Positions 37,381 to 48,080 of a DNA stretch of 64,000 nucleotides are shown one piece after another. Every line of letters begins with the position of its first letter. Position 1 is the stretch's first letter. The stretch comes from an uncultured bacterium (GTDB lineage: Bacteria > Zhuqueibacterota > QNDG01 > JAGLOF01). The position numbers and the translations under genes are program-made. The stretch is from positions 14,485 through 78,484 of the forward strand of contig CAZUMH010000003.1 in NCBI GenBank assembly GCA_964621645.1, written 5' to 3'. Below the pieces are notes generated by a model that made no database searches, was not told the origin of the DNA, and worked only from the letters and a program-made list of their open reading frames with translations.

Positions 37381-38811
37381 TTAGTTGATGTTATAGCGCA
37401 GTTTAGTCGCCGTCACCCAATCGTCCGGCGCGTCCATCAGTTTACCCGGATTGAGAATATTGTTTGGATCAAGAGCCCGTTTTATCGCCAGCATATAGGG
37501 CAGTGAATCTTTCTTTTCCTTCTTGAAGGCCGGTGCCTTGGAGATGCCGATGCCGTGTTCCGCAGACGTCGTCCCTCCCACCGAGATGACATAATCATAA
37601 ATTTCGGCTACCGCCTTCTGCGCGCCGTACCACTGTTTGCCTTTGGTTGCTTCCATGAGGATTTTCGTGTGCATACATCCAGAACCGCAGTGCCCGTACG
37701 CCGTCATGATAACCCCGTTCTTGTCGGCTATTTCATGGATCTTGCGGGCCGCTTCCGCCATCTTGGAATAGGGAACAGCCATATCATCCGCCAGGGAGGT
37801 GCAGGAATAGTGTTCCATGTATTTGGATAATGCCGGGAAAAGCTTCTTACGGCCGGCGAAAAGTTTGGTGCGTTCCGCGGCGTCATAGCTCATCTGGATG
37901 TTTGAGCCGCCGTTTTTTTCGCAGATCTCTTTTATTTTCTGGATTTCGAATTCGACCGCCTCTTTGACCATACCGTCGGCCTCGAACATGAGTATCGCAT
38001 CCACATCGGAGAGCCCCATATCCATAGCCTTGTTGACAGCGGTGATGGCCACATTGTCCATCAGTTCGAGGAGTGAGGGTTGAGCTCCACTAGCCATGAT
38101 ATCGGCAATGGCCCTGCCGGCATCTTCCAGCTGGTTAAAATCGGCCTTACCCAGGCAGCGAAACTTGGGAATGGGAACGAAACGCAAGGTAGCTTCTACG
38201 ATGATGCCCAACGTCCCCTCTGATCCGACCATGAGACGATCCAGCTGATATCCGGCCGCCTCCACTCTGGTACGGCATCCCAGATGAACCAATTCACCAG
38301 TAGCCATGATTACGGTCATGCCCAAAACCGAATCACGCACCGCCCCGTACTTGACTGAACGCACACCGGAGGCGTTATTGGCGATCTCCCCCCCTATAGT
38401 CGCCACCCGGCTGGACGCGGGAGCTACCGGGTACATGACTCCATAGGGCTTCAGCGCCTTGTTCAGATCATCATCCACCACTCCCGCCTGCACCCGGCAG
38501 TATCCATCCGCGAGATTGATATCCAATATTTTGTTTAGACGTTTCATATCCAGGACAATACCGCCCTGAGAAGGAACCGCCTGACCAGACATGCCGGAGC
38601 CGGACCCCCTTGCTACCAACGGGATCTTCTCCTTATTGGCATAATGGACGATGGTTTGAATCTGTTCGTAGTCAGTGGGACGCACTACAATCCAGGCCGA
38701 AGCTTCATGTACCGATGAATCCGATCCGTATACATAGCGATCGGCTGCGTTCTCGCGAACATTCTCCTTACCGACGATATCAACGAGCTGTTTGGTGTCG
38801 ACAGTGTTCAT
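37381..38811 (-). CDS. FAD-linked oxidase (GlcD/D-lactate dehydrogenase family, PCMH-type FAD binding)
   Basis: The sequence GSGSGMSGQAVP and a FAD-binding PCMH domain are present. An ATG at 38811 is preceded by GGGAGG, so the track start at 38859 is probably too early. Confidence 0.75.
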   Translation of the reverse strand: MNTVDTKQLVDIVGKENVRENAADRYVYGSDSSVHEASAWIVVRPTDYEQIQTIVHYANKEKIPLVARGSGSGMSGQAVPSQGGIVLDMKRLNKILDINLADGYCRVQAGVVDDDLNKALKPYGVMYPVAPASSRVATIGGEIANNASGVRSVKYGAVRDSVLGMTVIMATGELVHLGCRTRVEAAGYQLDRLMVGSEGTLGIIVEATLRFVPIPKFRCLGKADFNQLEDAGRAIADIMASGAQPSLLELMDNVAITAVNKAMDMGLSDVDAILMFEADGMVKEAVEFEIQKIKEICEKNGGSNIQMSYDAAERTKLFAGRKKLFPALSKYMEHYSCTSLADDMAVPYSKMAEAARKIHEIADKNGVIMTAYGHCGSGCMHTKILMEATKGKQWYGAQKAVAEIYDYVISVGGTTSAEHGIGISKAPAFKKEKKDSLPYMLAIKRALDPNNILNPGKLMDAPDDWVTATKLRYNIN

Positions 38812-38956
38812 ACTTGGAACCTCCCTGCTGGATATGGAAAAGGTCTTTGCTTTATACAACCTACTTCTTTTACCGGCCGCTCAAACGCACCCTTTTCCTC
38901 TAAACAAGGTTGGGGACGTCTACAATTCGCCCGGGATTGGAAACAGCCTTCTATTA

Positions 38957-39382
38957 CTAATTACTGCTCGAATTCTTCACAACTTTGCCTGTGGCTTTGG
39001 CGTACACAGTTCCGGAAGCGTCGCGTATCCATGATTCCGCGAGAGAGATGCGCCCCCCGGCCTTCAAGCAGCGGCCCGAAACCTGGCAGGGGGTGCCGAT
39101 AAGAAGTGGAGTAAGGTAGCGTATAGTGATTTCAGCGGTTACGCCAAAGATGTTGTTCCTATAATAGCAGGCCCAGATGAGCGCTTCATCCAACAGAGCG
39201 CCGATTATTCCACCGTGCACGATCTCTTCATACCCGCGGTGAACCGGTTTGGGTGTGAAATCAGCTTTGACCATCTCTAATTCCCCTGGAGAAAAAACAG
39301 CGTGCAACCCCTGCGGATTTTCATGCCCGCAGACATAACAGTGGGGGAACAGAGGAAAAGTGCGATCTCCAGTCGCCTGCAT
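38957..39382 (-). CDS. PaaI/4HBT hotdog-fold thioesterase
   Basis: The 141-aa product carries the motif VHGGIIGALLDEA. Confidence 0.6.
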   Translation of the reverse strand: MQATGDRTFPLFPHCYVCGHENPQGLHAVFSPGELEMVKADFTPKPVHRGYEEIVHGGIIGALLDEALIWACYYRNNIFGVTAEITIRYLTPLLIGTPCQVSGRCLKAGGRISLAESWIRDASGTVYAKATGKVVKNSSSN

Positions 39383-39389
39383 GGAATGG

Positions 39390-40262
39390 TTATCCTGTTA
39401 GTATTCGTTTCATGGTGTACCCGATCTCTGCCGGGGAAGTGACCACCGTAACACCGCACTTCTCCAGCATCTCCATCTTTTCTTTTGCCGTACCCTTGCC
39501 CCCGGCGATAATGGCTCCAGCATGCCCCATTCTCTTTCCCTTGGGAGCCGTCTGACCGGCGATGAAAGCAACGACAGGTTTATCAAATGATTCTTTAATA
39601 TAAGCGGCGGCAATTTCTTCATCTGTACCGCCGATCTCTCCGATCATTACCACACCTTCGGTAGTGGGATCTTCCTTAAAAAGCCTTAGGGCGTCGATAA
39701 AACGGGTGCCGACGATGGGATCGCCGCCCAGGCCGATACAGGTAGTCTGGCCCAATCCCTCCCGGGTCAGCTGATCCACGGCTTCATACGTAAGAGTGCC
39801 GCTACGCGATATGACTCCTATTTTTCCGGGGCTGTGGATAAATCCCGGCATAATACCGATCTTGCATTTCCCTGGTGTGATGATTCCGGGGCAGTTTGGA
39901 CCGATCAGCCTCGTTTCTTTACCCTGAATGAAGGTCCAGGCTTTTACCATATCCAAAGTGGGGATTCCTTCACTGATACAGACGATGAGTCTCACACCCG
40001 CGTCTGCGGCCTCCATGACGGCATCAGCCGCGAAGACCGGCGGGACAAAAATTACCGATGTATCCGCACCGGTATTCTCTACTGCATCGGCTACGGTGTT
40101 GAACACCGGAATGCCTTCGTGTTTCAGGCCGCCTTTGCCCGGTGTCACGCCCGCCACTACCCGGGTGCCGTATTCCACCATCTGTGCAGCGTGAAAAGTC
40201 CCCTCTTTTCCTGTGAGACCTTGGACTACCACTCTGGTTTTATCATCAACAAGAATACTCAT
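39390..40262 (-). CDS. sucD: Succinyl-CoA synthetase alpha subunit
   Basis: The product reads [15 protein letters not shown], with the catalytic His region [17 protein letters not shown] and GHAGAI. Confidence 0.9.
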   Translation of the reverse strand: MSILVDDKTRVVVQGLTGKEGTFHAAQMVEYGTRVVAGVTPGKGGLKHEGIPVFNTVADAVENTGADTSVIFVPPVFAADAVMEAADAGVRLIVCISEGIPTLDMVKAWTFIQGKETRLIGPNCPGIITPGKCKIGIMPGFIHSPGKIGVISRSGTLTYEAVDQLTREGLGQTTCIGLGGDPIVGTRFIDALRLFKEDPTTEGVVMIGEIGGTDEEIAAAYIKESFDKPVVAFIAGQTAPKGKRMGHAGAIIAGGKGTAKEKMEMLEKCGVTVVTSPAEIGYTMKRILTG

Positions 40263-40285
40263 CTTTTCCTCGTCTTTTCAGGATG

Positions 40286-41443
40286 CTAGTTAATGGCAGC
40301 CACGGCTTTCTGGGCCGCGTCAGCCAGATTATCCGCCACGGTAAAGGTCAGGGACGAATTTTTTAATATCTCGGCCGCTTCTGCGGAATTGGTACCAGCC
40401 AGACGGACCACGATGGGAACGGAAAGATCAAGCCGCTTGGCCGCCTCGACCACCCCATTTGCCACCCGGTCACAGCGCACAATACCGCCGAAGATATTTA
40501 TCAGAACCACCCGAACGTTTTCATCGGACATGAGAATCCTGAAGGCGTTCTCCACCCGTTCCACTGAAGCTGCGCCGCCCACATCCAGGAAATTGGCCGG
40601 AACGGCGCCGTAATGCTTGATAATATCCATGGTGGCCATGGCCAGTCCGGCCCCGTTCACCATACAACCGACATTGCCGTCCAGTTTCACGTAGCTGAGA
40701 TTGTGTTTTGATGCCTCAATCTCGGTTGGTTCTTCCTCGTTGAGATCCCTCAGTTCCATAATTTTCGGATGGCGGCCCAGAGCATTGTCATCAAAATTTA
40801 TCTTGGCGTCCGCGGCCAGCAGCCTCCCTTCTTCGGTAATCACTAGAGGATTGATTTCCGCCAGAGAGGCGTCGGACTGAGTGAAAAGACAGTAAAGGTT
40901 AAGGAGTAATTTTACCGCATCGTTCAGGACTTCTTTGGGCAGATTGAGACCAAAGGCGATCTTGCGGGCCTGGAAAGGCTGCATCCCAACCCGGGGATCG
41001 ATATACTCTCGTAGGATTTTTTCAGGATTCTTGGCCGCGACCACCTCTATCTCGACTCCTCCCTCTTCCGAAGCGATGACCACAAGCCGGGAGGTCTCCC
41101 GGTCGATGACCATCCCAAGGTAGAGTTCCTTCTTGATCTTGAGAGCCTCTTCCACCAAAACCTTTCTGACCAGTTTCCCCTCAGGTCCGGTTTGATGAGT
41201 AACCAGGGTCATCCCCAGTATTTCCTTGGCCCTGGCTTCGGCGTCAGCCGAATTATCCGCCAATTTAATACCGCCGCCCTTGCCTCTCCCCCCTGCGTGT
41301 ATCTGAGCCTTAACCGCTACCTTCGCACCGATTTCTCCTGCGACACGGCCAGCTGCGGATGGTTGCTCAACTGTCTTTCCTTGTGGCACCGGGATGCCGA
41401 AGCTGGCCAGCAGTTCCTTCGCCTGATATTCATGAATCTTCAT
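40286..41443 (-). CDS. sucC: Succinyl-CoA synthetase beta subunit
   Basis: The N-terminus MKIHEYQAKELL and an ATP-grasp domain are present. It is adjacent to sucD. Confidence 0.9.
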   Translation of the reverse strand: MKIHEYQAKELLASFGIPVPQGKTVEQPSAAGRVAGEIGAKVAVKAQIHAGGRGKGGGIKLADNSADAEARAKEILGMTLVTHQTGPEGKLVRKVLVEEALKIKKELYLGMVIDRETSRLVVIASEEGGVEIEVVAAKNPEKILREYIDPRVGMQPFQARKIAFGLNLPKEVLNDAVKLLLNLYCLFTQSDASLAEINPLVITEEGRLLAADAKINFDDNALGRHPKIMELRDLNEEEPTEIEASKHNLSYVKLDGNVGCMVNGAGLAMATMDIIKHYGAVPANFLDVGGAASVERVENAFRILMSDENVRVVLINIFGGIVRCDRVANGVVEAAKRLDLSVPIVVRLAGTNSAEAAEILKNSSLTFTVADNLADAAQKAVAAIN

Positions 41444-41464
41444 AAAATTACCTTCTCCGTTCGT

Positions 41465-41896
41465 TTATAAAAAGATTTCCTTCTTTGCTGGATTTTCTCC
41501 AAGGCCCACCAACTCTTCGGTAAACTCCGAACTCACCCGGGCGAACTTGACTCCTTCCGACGCTGAAATCCACGCGAGTCTGATACGTTTCGTTTCCAAT
41601 CCAAACGAATCAAATATTTTATGTAAAATCGCGACGCGGCGCCTTGTGTGATAATTCCCCGATTGATAATGACAATCACCCGGATGACATCCTCCGATCA
41701 AAACACCATCCGCACCGCTGAAAAATGATTTGAGAACGAAAATCGGGTTTACACGACTGGAACACATCACCCTGATTGGTAATATAGTCGGCGGATATTT
41801 AAGCCGGCTCGTTCCAGCCAAATCCGCGCCAGAATACGAACACCACTTGCAAAGGAAACTGATAATACGCGGGGTAAATGTTTTCTCTGTCATCAA
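41465..41896 (-). CDS. mvhD: MvhD-type hydrogenase iron-sulfur subunit (intact Cys motif)
   Basis: It has the N-terminal motif FLCKWCSYSGADLAG and the characteristic CSSRV...GCHPGDCHY. Confidence 0.8.
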   Translation of the reverse strand: MMTEKTFTPRIISFLCKWCSYSGADLAGTSRLKYPPTILPIRVMCSSRVNPIFVLKSFFSGADGVLIGGCHPGDCHYQSGNYHTRRRVAILHKIFDSFGLETKRIRLAWISASEGVKFARVSSEFTEELVGLGENPAKKEIFL

Positions 41897-41944
41897 TCTT
41901 CTCTCCAGAGTAAATGAATCATTATGCCTGTTGTATCTTTATTC

Positions 41945-43039
41945 CTATCCGAGTTTCGACAACTCTTCCTCTTTGTACACCGTTACCGGCACAGGCTCAT
42001 CTATATCTCGACCGGGAATGTAATCAAATAATTGGGCGGTTTCCGACCCTGTTTTCATAAAAATAGATGCCACCGGAATATCAGCCGGACATACCTCGGT
42101 GCACATGCCGCATCCCACACAGGAAAAACTCATGTGGTTCATTCTCCCAAGTTGAAATAAAATTGTATCAGTCGGGAGCCGCATCCCCTCTTTTCGGGAA
42201 AATTCCTTTTCAATCACGGAGGCCTCATGATCGAAAAGATGAGATTCGAAATCACAGAGGATGCAGTGGCACATTGGGCAGACACGGCTGCATCCATGAC
42301 AGCCGACACACCTGCTAAAGACCTCAACCACACCACCCAGGTCTTTCATCACACTTCCAATTTCCTGAAAGAGTCTCGTTTTCTCAGCCTTCCTTTTTTC
42401 AAGGAGCGTATCAACGATCTGAGATTTCGTTCCCTCTTCGGAATATTCGCCTTTAAATCCCGCGGCCATTTCCTTCGCCTTCTCTGTATGCAATTCGAGG
42501 ACACATTCATCTTCATGATTCTTGCCAACCAATGAAACAGTCGCATCCGCATTCATCGGGACAAAATATTCACAGGCTTTGCACGTCGGCCTGATCTCTT
42601 TATAATTTTCTCCTTTCTCAACAGCCTTCCAATAACCAGGGAGGTTGGTATCGCCCTTCCCGTGCAATGAACTTGCAAATCGGAGAGCGCCGCCGCACGT
42701 ATAGGAAATCAGCAGAAAATGATCCGGCGTCCCCTGGACACGTTTAATAAGTTCTATGAATCCTCTCAATTCACACGGTCTGATGACTGCGGCGACCTGT
42801 TTTTTCATTGCTTTAAAGCGGGAAAGCTCCTGTCCGGCATTCACCGGCATGAATGGGTGAAGGGGAATGGCCTGCTTCAACATCTGGACATCAGTGATCA
42901 GTCCATAGTCAAAAACACCCTCTTTCCCGGTTTCTCGCAAAGTAAATACCGCACTGATCTTTCTCGTCTCAAGCAGGAATGTGAGGAAATCAATTAATCC
43001 TTGTTCCGAACTTTTTTTAATCGTTAGTTGATTAGCCAT
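41945..43039 (-). CDS. FrhB/FdhB-family protein with C-terminal 2x[4Fe-4S] ferredoxin motifs
   Basis: An FrhB-like N-domain is followed by the ferredoxin motifs CVGCHGCSRVCP and CVGCGMCTEVCP. It is a paralog of 43032-44198. Confidence 0.65.
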   Translation of the reverse strand: MANQLTIKKSSEQGLIDFLTFLLETRKISAVFTLRETGKEGVFDYGLITDVQMLKQAIPLHPFMPVNAGQELSRFKAMKKQVAAVIRPCELRGFIELIKRVQGTPDHFLLISYTCGGALRFASSLHGKGDTNLPGYWKAVEKGENYKEIRPTCKACEYFVPMNADATVSLVGKNHEDECVLELHTEKAKEMAAGFKGEYSEEGTKSQIVDTLLEKRKAEKTRLFQEIGSVMKDLGGVVEVFSRCVGCHGCSRVCPMCHCILCDFESHLFDHEASVIEKEFSRKEGMRLPTDTILFQLGRMNHMSFSCVGCGMCTEVCPADIPVASIFMKTGSETAQLFDYIPGRDIDEPVPVTVYKEEELSKLG

Positions 43040-44198
43040 CCTTACTCATCGCTCCTTCGGCTTGATGGACTATGTTTTGAACTCCCTGGATCTCTTCCAT
43101 CCGGTACCTGGTAATCGGGATCGCATCTTCTCCGCTCTCTCCGGCCCTGTATTCGAATGTCCGCTGCGTTTGGTCCGCGACATAACTGAATACCTCTGCA
43201 ACCGGTATTGAAACCGGACACGCATCAGAACACAATCCGCAAGAGACACAGGAAAGACTCATATGCGTCATTCTCCCAACATGGAAAAAAATACGATCCA
43301 TCGGGAAGGATATGCCGCCGCGTACTTCGGCTTTTTGAAAGATGAAATCAGAATCCGGTCTGGAGATCGTGGAATTGAAATAACATTGCCGACAATAACA
43401 GATGGGACAGGCACTTTGACAATTATGACAGCCGATACAAGCTGCAAAGGTTTCCAGAAGCGGCTCAAATCCTTTTGCCATGGTTTGAACCTCTTCGAAT
43501 CGCTTCTCCCGTTTCTTCTGTCTCTTTTTCGTCAGGTCTTCAATGCTTTTCTTCCATTCCGAGACGGATTCTGAAGCCTGAAGCTTCATCTCATTTAAAA
43601 CGCGCTGTCCTTTTTCGCTATTGGAAATCAAAAAAATCCCTTTTTTCTGCCCCCGCATCAGACCAAAGTGAAGGTCACTTGCAGGCTGCCAAGAGAATTG
43701 ATCGCAGATTTGACAAACGGGTTTACTCGTCTCATCACTCCAACTCTCCCCTGTAAACAGTGCTTCGAACCGCTTTTCCCCTTCTTCGGGATTTTGGATA
43801 TAGTCAGAGAGAGGCAGTGCTCCGGGGCAATCGATACTCATCAGTGTTATTTTTTCCGGATGTATCTGATTCAGTTTGGTCAACTCAATACTTGCCCGGA
43901 TTTCGCATGGTCGCATGAGAACCGCAAAGTTTAGAGTCCCCTTCCCTTTTCGAGTAAGGCTCTTCAAGGCTTTTGCTCCCTGAACGGGCATAACAGGAGC
44001 CAATGGGGATGCCTTCATGATGAGCGAGGGCTCGCGTACCAGCACCCAGGCGTAGGAATTCTTTGCCGGAACCCGCATGGGTACCATAATCCCATCGAAA
44101 ACATATTTTTCCAGTAACGTTTTCAAAAATCCCAAAATGGATTTATTGATTCCTTCTTTTTCAGGAAGGAAAACTCCCTTGCCTGCGATACCCTTCAT
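43032..44198 (-). CDS. FrhB/FdhB-family protein with C-terminal 2x[4Fe-4S] ferredoxin motifs (paralog)
   Basis: It has the same architecture, with motifs CIGCHNCQSACP and CVSCGLCSDACP. It overlaps the upstream paralog by 8 nt. Confidence 0.65.
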   Translation of the reverse strand: MKGIAGKGVFLPEKEGINKSILGFLKTLLEKYVFDGIMVPMRVPAKNSYAWVLVREPSLIMKASPLAPVMPVQGAKALKSLTRKGKGTLNFAVLMRPCEIRASIELTKLNQIHPEKITLMSIDCPGALPLSDYIQNPEEGEKRFEALFTGESWSDETSKPVCQICDQFSWQPASDLHFGLMRGQKKGIFLISNSEKGQRVLNEMKLQASESVSEWKKSIEDLTKKRQKKREKRFEEVQTMAKGFEPLLETFAACIGCHNCQSACPICYCRQCYFNSTISRPDSDFIFQKAEVRGGISFPMDRIFFHVGRMTHMSLSCVSCGLCSDACPVSIPVAEVFSYVADQTQRTFEYRAGESGEDAIPITRYRMEEIQGVQNIVHQAEGAMSKDG

Positions 44199-44228
44199 AC
44201 TCTTTTCCTCTGAAGAATAATTAATTTA

Positions 44229-45911
44229 TTATCGAATCGCTTCGATCATTTCCGTGTAGAGTTGGGGAGCCGTAAACTGTCTCGCCTGAATTGCTCCTGA
44301 CGGACAACTGGCGGCGCAGTTCCCGCACCCCCGGCACACAGCCTCGTTGACCACCGAGATCCCTTTCTCTTCATTAAAAGAGATAGCCCCGTAACAGCAA
44401 ACTTCCAAACAGGTTTGGCACCCGGTGCAGAAAGCCTCTGAAATAACCGCGACTTTGACTTCTGGAACAATCTTTTCTCCTGGAATCAAGCGGGACAGAA
44501 TTTTGCCGCTCGCGGCCTGCGCTTGCAGCATCGCTTCCGAAATCCCCATCGGTCCGTGAGCGGTTCCAATAATATAGACGCCCTCAGTAGAAGTGCCTAC
44601 CGGATTAAGATGATAATGCGCTTCCTGGAAAAAACCTGTCTCGTCCAGGGGAATCGCCAAAATATCCGACAGAGCTTCAGTGTCTTGTGAAGGCTCCATG
44701 GCGGGAGCAAGGATTACCATGTCAGCACTGTCCTCACCCTTGGATCCGTTACTCGCTGTATATACAATAGTGGTGCCCTTAACTCTTGTGTCTAATACGC
44801 GAATAAAATCAATCCCCTGTGCCTTAATGTCTTCATAAAATCGCTGATCATCTTTATGAGGAAGACAGAGGTCTCGATAGTATACCTTTATGGATGTTTC
44901 CGGGTATTGGTCTTTCAAAGATTTGGCAATGTTGATCATATACGTGCAGCATATCCTCGAACAGTACCCTTTCTCGTCCCTTCCAACACAGTGAATTAGT
45001 GCCACGGTTTTGGGCACTTCACCGGGTGTAAAATTTATCGTGCCGTCTTCTGAAATCATTTTTTCGATTTCGAGAGACGTGTATACATTATCTTCTCGCT
45101 TGTATTTGTAGGCAGGCAACCTCGTTGGATCAAGCAGGCCGGACCCAGTCGCCAAGACAATGGCGCCGACTTTCAGCTCCGTGCCGGCCTCTTCATCTTT
45201 TTTATTCTTTACGACTACTTCAAAATTACCGAAAAATCCCACTACTCTCTCAACCTCGGTCTCTGTAAAAACCTGAATATTCTCATTCTTTTCAACATCC
45301 ATGATCTTCTGTGCGACCAGCCCCCAGCTGTCTTGCTGTCGGGGGAGCAGTCTGCTGTAGAACGTTGATTTTCCACCTAAAACTTCGGATTTTTCGATTA
45401 AATAGACGGTCCGCTGTTCGCTGGCAAGTGATAAAGCCGCTTCCAATCCCGCAATGCCACCTCCTATCACCAGCACATCCGGTCTGCTTTCTATCTCCTT
45501 TTCCAATAACTCGGATTGATAGAATACTCTGCGTATACCGGCCCGGATATAACGGGTGGCTTTCTTCGTGGCCTCTATTTTGTCCGGGATAATCCAGGCG
45601 CAATGCTCCCGGATATTCACCATCTTGAAAAGGTATGGATTCATGTCTGTTTTCTTGCACACATTAATAAATGTGGATTCATGATCCCTGGGGGAACAGG
45701 CGGCAACTACCAGATGAGTAATCCCGTTCGCTTTGATCTCTTCTTCAAGAAATTGCTGACCTTCCTTTGAACAGAGCAATTTATGTCGCTTGACAATCAG
45801 TTCGATATCCTCAAATTCCTGAAGGGATGGTATGGTTTTTAAGATAGAATCGATGTCAATATGCTCTGCAATATTGGGTCCGCACTCACATACAAAAACG
45901 CCAATTCTCAT
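44229..45911 (-). CDS. HdrA-like FAD FeS flavoprotein (N-terminal Cys domain + FAD core + C-terminal 2x[4Fe-4S])
   Basis: The N-terminus reads GVFVCECGPNIA. The FAD site is VLVIGGGIAGLEAALSLA. The C-terminus carries CTGCQTCLEVC and CRGCGNCAASCP. Confidence 0.75.
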   Translation of the reverse strand: MRIGVFVCECGPNIAEHIDIDSILKTIPSLQEFEDIELIVKRHKLLCSKEGQQFLEEEIKANGITHLVVAACSPRDHESTFINVCKKTDMNPYLFKMVNIREHCAWIIPDKIEATKKATRYIRAGIRRVFYQSELLEKEIESRPDVLVIGGGIAGLEAALSLASEQRTVYLIEKSEVLGGKSTFYSRLLPRQQDSWGLVAQKIMDVEKNENIQVFTETEVERVVGFFGNFEVVVKNKKDEEAGTELKVGAIVLATGSGLLDPTRLPAYKYKREDNVYTSLEIEKMISEDGTINFTPGEVPKTVALIHCVGRDEKGYCSRICCTYMINIAKSLKDQYPETSIKVYYRDLCLPHKDDQRFYEDIKAQGIDFIRVLDTRVKGTTIVYTASNGSKGEDSADMVILAPAMEPSQDTEALSDILAIPLDETGFFQEAHYHLNPVGTSTEGVYIIGTAHGPMGISEAMLQAQAASGKILSRLIPGEKIVPEVKVAVISEAFCTGCQTCLEVCCYGAISFNEEKGISVVNEAVCRGCGNCAASCPSGAIQARQFTAPQLYTEMIEAIR

Positions 45912-45915
45912 AATA

Positions 45916-47232
45916 CTACTCCTGAATATTACCTTGGGCCGTCTCAGATGGCAAATGACTATTTATTACCGAACCCACAACCGATTCTGCCTGCACCACC
46001 GCACTTTGTGCATCTTTTGGTCCTTCGGCACATCCGGCAACATATATCCCCTCCCTAGAGGTCTTTACCGAGCCCATTGAAGGAGAAGATACCTTGATAA
46101 ATCCATGATCATCCAGCTCGATCCCCATAACCTTCGCTAGATGCGGTGTGCTCTGATCCGGTACTATGGCAACCGCGAGAATGATCATATCTACGGAGAG
46201 TTCTTCATCGATGTCATCATTCTTTTTATAAGAAATGGTAAGACCCGTCCCATTCCCAGTCACTTTGAGATCAGCCGGTTCAGACAGGTAGATGAAATTC
46301 ACATTTTCTTCCTTGACTTTCTTGAAAAATTTCTGGGAAGTTTTGCCCGGCACGCACAAATCGGAATGGAACTCGTAAACTTTTGTTTCCGGTAACTTAT
46401 GTTTGACAAAATGGGCATGTTTTAAGGAACTCAAACAGCAAACTCCTGAACAATAGTGTAATCCCTTGCGTCCCACACAGTGAACAATCGCGACTGATTT
46501 CGGGGATTCACCCCCCCTGAGGGTGAGTTCGCCGGATGTTGGACCGTTTGAAGCGAACAGGCGTTCAAATTCCATGGAGGTATACACTCCCGGGAACTTG
46601 CCATACCCCAGATTTGAAAATTGGCTGACATCGATGATTTCAAAACCGGTGGCAACGATAATCGAACCTGTCTGTATGACTACATCTTCGGCTTTCCCGG
46701 AGAAATCGATAGCGCCAAACATACACGCTTCCTGGCATGCCTGGCAACTCTTCTTTCCATTAAGGTTGAGACAATACCTGGGATCGATAACCGGGACATT
46801 CGGCAAGGCGCCGGCGCACGGCACATAGATCGCCTTCTTATCGGAGAGTTTCTCCTCCCACTCATTTTTCAAGCTCACCGGACATGGCTCATAACACATT
46901 CCGCATCCGATACAAGCTTCGAGGCTCACATATCTTGGTTGTTTGTGAATCGTCACGTTAAAGTTGCCCGCCTCACCCTCCACCTTCTCCACTGAGCCGA
47001 GAGTAATAACATCGATGTCCGAATTCTGTAAAACTGCCTGTTGCACCGGAGCTACCATACACGTTGAACATTCTAAATGGGGAAAACTCTCTTCGTTCTT
47101 AATGATATTCCCGCCGATCAGGGGCAGTTTTTCCACCAAACACACTTTCCTTCCGCTGTTAGCCAGTAGCAGACCTGCCTCCATTCCTGCGATACCGGCT
47201 CCTACAATTAACGCATCATAGGCACTGCTCAT
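45916..47232 (-). CDS. HdrA-like FAD FeS flavoprotein, core-only form (start revised to ATG 47232)
   Basis: The FAD site ALIVGAGIAGMEAGLLLA and an inserted ferredoxin motif CIGCGMCYEPCP are present. The N- and C-terminal domains of canonical HdrA are absent. A GGAAG RBS precedes MSSAYD. Confidence 0.7.
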   Translation of the reverse strand: MSSAYDALIVGAGIAGMEAGLLLANSGRKVCLVEKLPLIGGNIIKNEESFPHLECSTCMVAPVQQAVLQNSDIDVITLGSVEKVEGEAGNFNVTIHKQPRYVSLEACIGCGMCYEPCPVSLKNEWEEKLSDKKAIYVPCAGALPNVPVIDPRYCLNLNGKKSCQACQEACMFGAIDFSGKAEDVVIQTGSIIVATGFEIIDVSQFSNLGYGKFPGVYTSMEFERLFASNGPTSGELTLRGGESPKSVAIVHCVGRKGLHYCSGVCCLSSLKHAHFVKHKLPETKVYEFHSDLCVPGKTSQKFFKKVKEENVNFIYLSEPADLKVTGNGTGLTISYKKNDDIDEELSVDMIILAVAIVPDQSTPHLAKVMGIELDDHGFIKVSSPSMGSVKTSREGIYVAGCAEGPKDAQSAVVQAESVVGSVINSHLPSETAQGNIQE

Positions 47233-47286
47233 TTTGTCTTCCTCAAAAGAAATGAAAAATACATACGACAGGGTGACCAATCTCAG

Positions 47287-47724
47287 CTAATAATACGCGT
47301 TCCGATTTATCGGATTGGGGCCCAGCTTTTTAATCTTTTCCGTAAATTCATTGACGATATCTGCATACCGTTTTCCTTCCGAGGCGGAAACCCATGACAA
47401 TTGCACTCTTCCGGGATCTAATTCCAATGCCTCAAACACACTCTTCAGCATGGCATACCGTCTGCGCGCATAGTAATTCCCTTTGTCATAGTGACAATCA
47501 CCAGGATGACATCCGGCAATTAAAATACCATCGGCTCCCCCAAAAAAGGTGGTTAATACAAGATTGTAATCGACTCTGCTTGAACACATCACACGGATCA
47601 CATTGAAGGATGGTGATATCTCCATCTTGGAAGAACCAGCCAAATCGGCTGCCGCATAGGTACACCAATTACATAAATATCCGACTATTCGAGGGACAAA
47701 CTCCTCTTTTCCGTTGGATTCCAT
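47287..47724 (-). CDS. mvhD: MvhD-type hydrogenase iron-sulfur subunit
   Basis: It has the motif YLCNWCTYAAADLAG. The start is probably Met24 of the track ORF. Confidence 0.8.
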   Translation of the reverse strand: MESNGKEEFVPRIVGYLCNWCTYAAADLAGSSKMEISPSFNVIRVMCSSRVDYNLVLTTFFGGADGILIAGCHPGDCHYDKGNYYARRRYAMLKSVFEALELDPGRVQLSWVSASEGKRYADIVNEFTEKIKKLGPNPINRNAYY

Positions 47725-47836
47725 TTTACCCCCGTATTTATCGCCCCACCGGAAATTCTGAACGAGAAACCGGCCACCCTGGGCTCTTAACAAAATTGTT
47801 GAAATCAGGCATAACTCTTATTATGAGCGTCCTGAT

Positions 47837-48061
47837 CTATATCTGTATCTGTGCCGAATGTTTGCCGTTTCCATCCGTCGTGCACATGAGTAACGTCTTC
47901 CCCATCCTGCCGCACCATGCTTTTATATCACTCGGGAAAGAAGGACAATCCGCCTCAATTTCCAGTGTATCTCCAGGACTTAACTGAGGAAGCAGAGCAA
48001 CAACTTTCAGTATTGGTTGGGGACACTTCAGGCCGAGTGTATCCAATTTATGTACCGCCAT
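47837..48061 (-). CDS. tusA: TusA-family sulfur carrier protein
   Basis: The 74-aa product has the TusA active-site motif LDTLGLKCPQPILK, which fits the CPxP signature. Confidence 0.85.
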   Translation of the reverse strand: MAVHKLDTLGLKCPQPILKVVALLPQLSPGDTLEIEADCPSFPSDIKAWCGRMGKTLLMCTTDGNGKHSAQIQI

Positions 48062-48080
48062 TTTAATCCTCCGATAAAAA

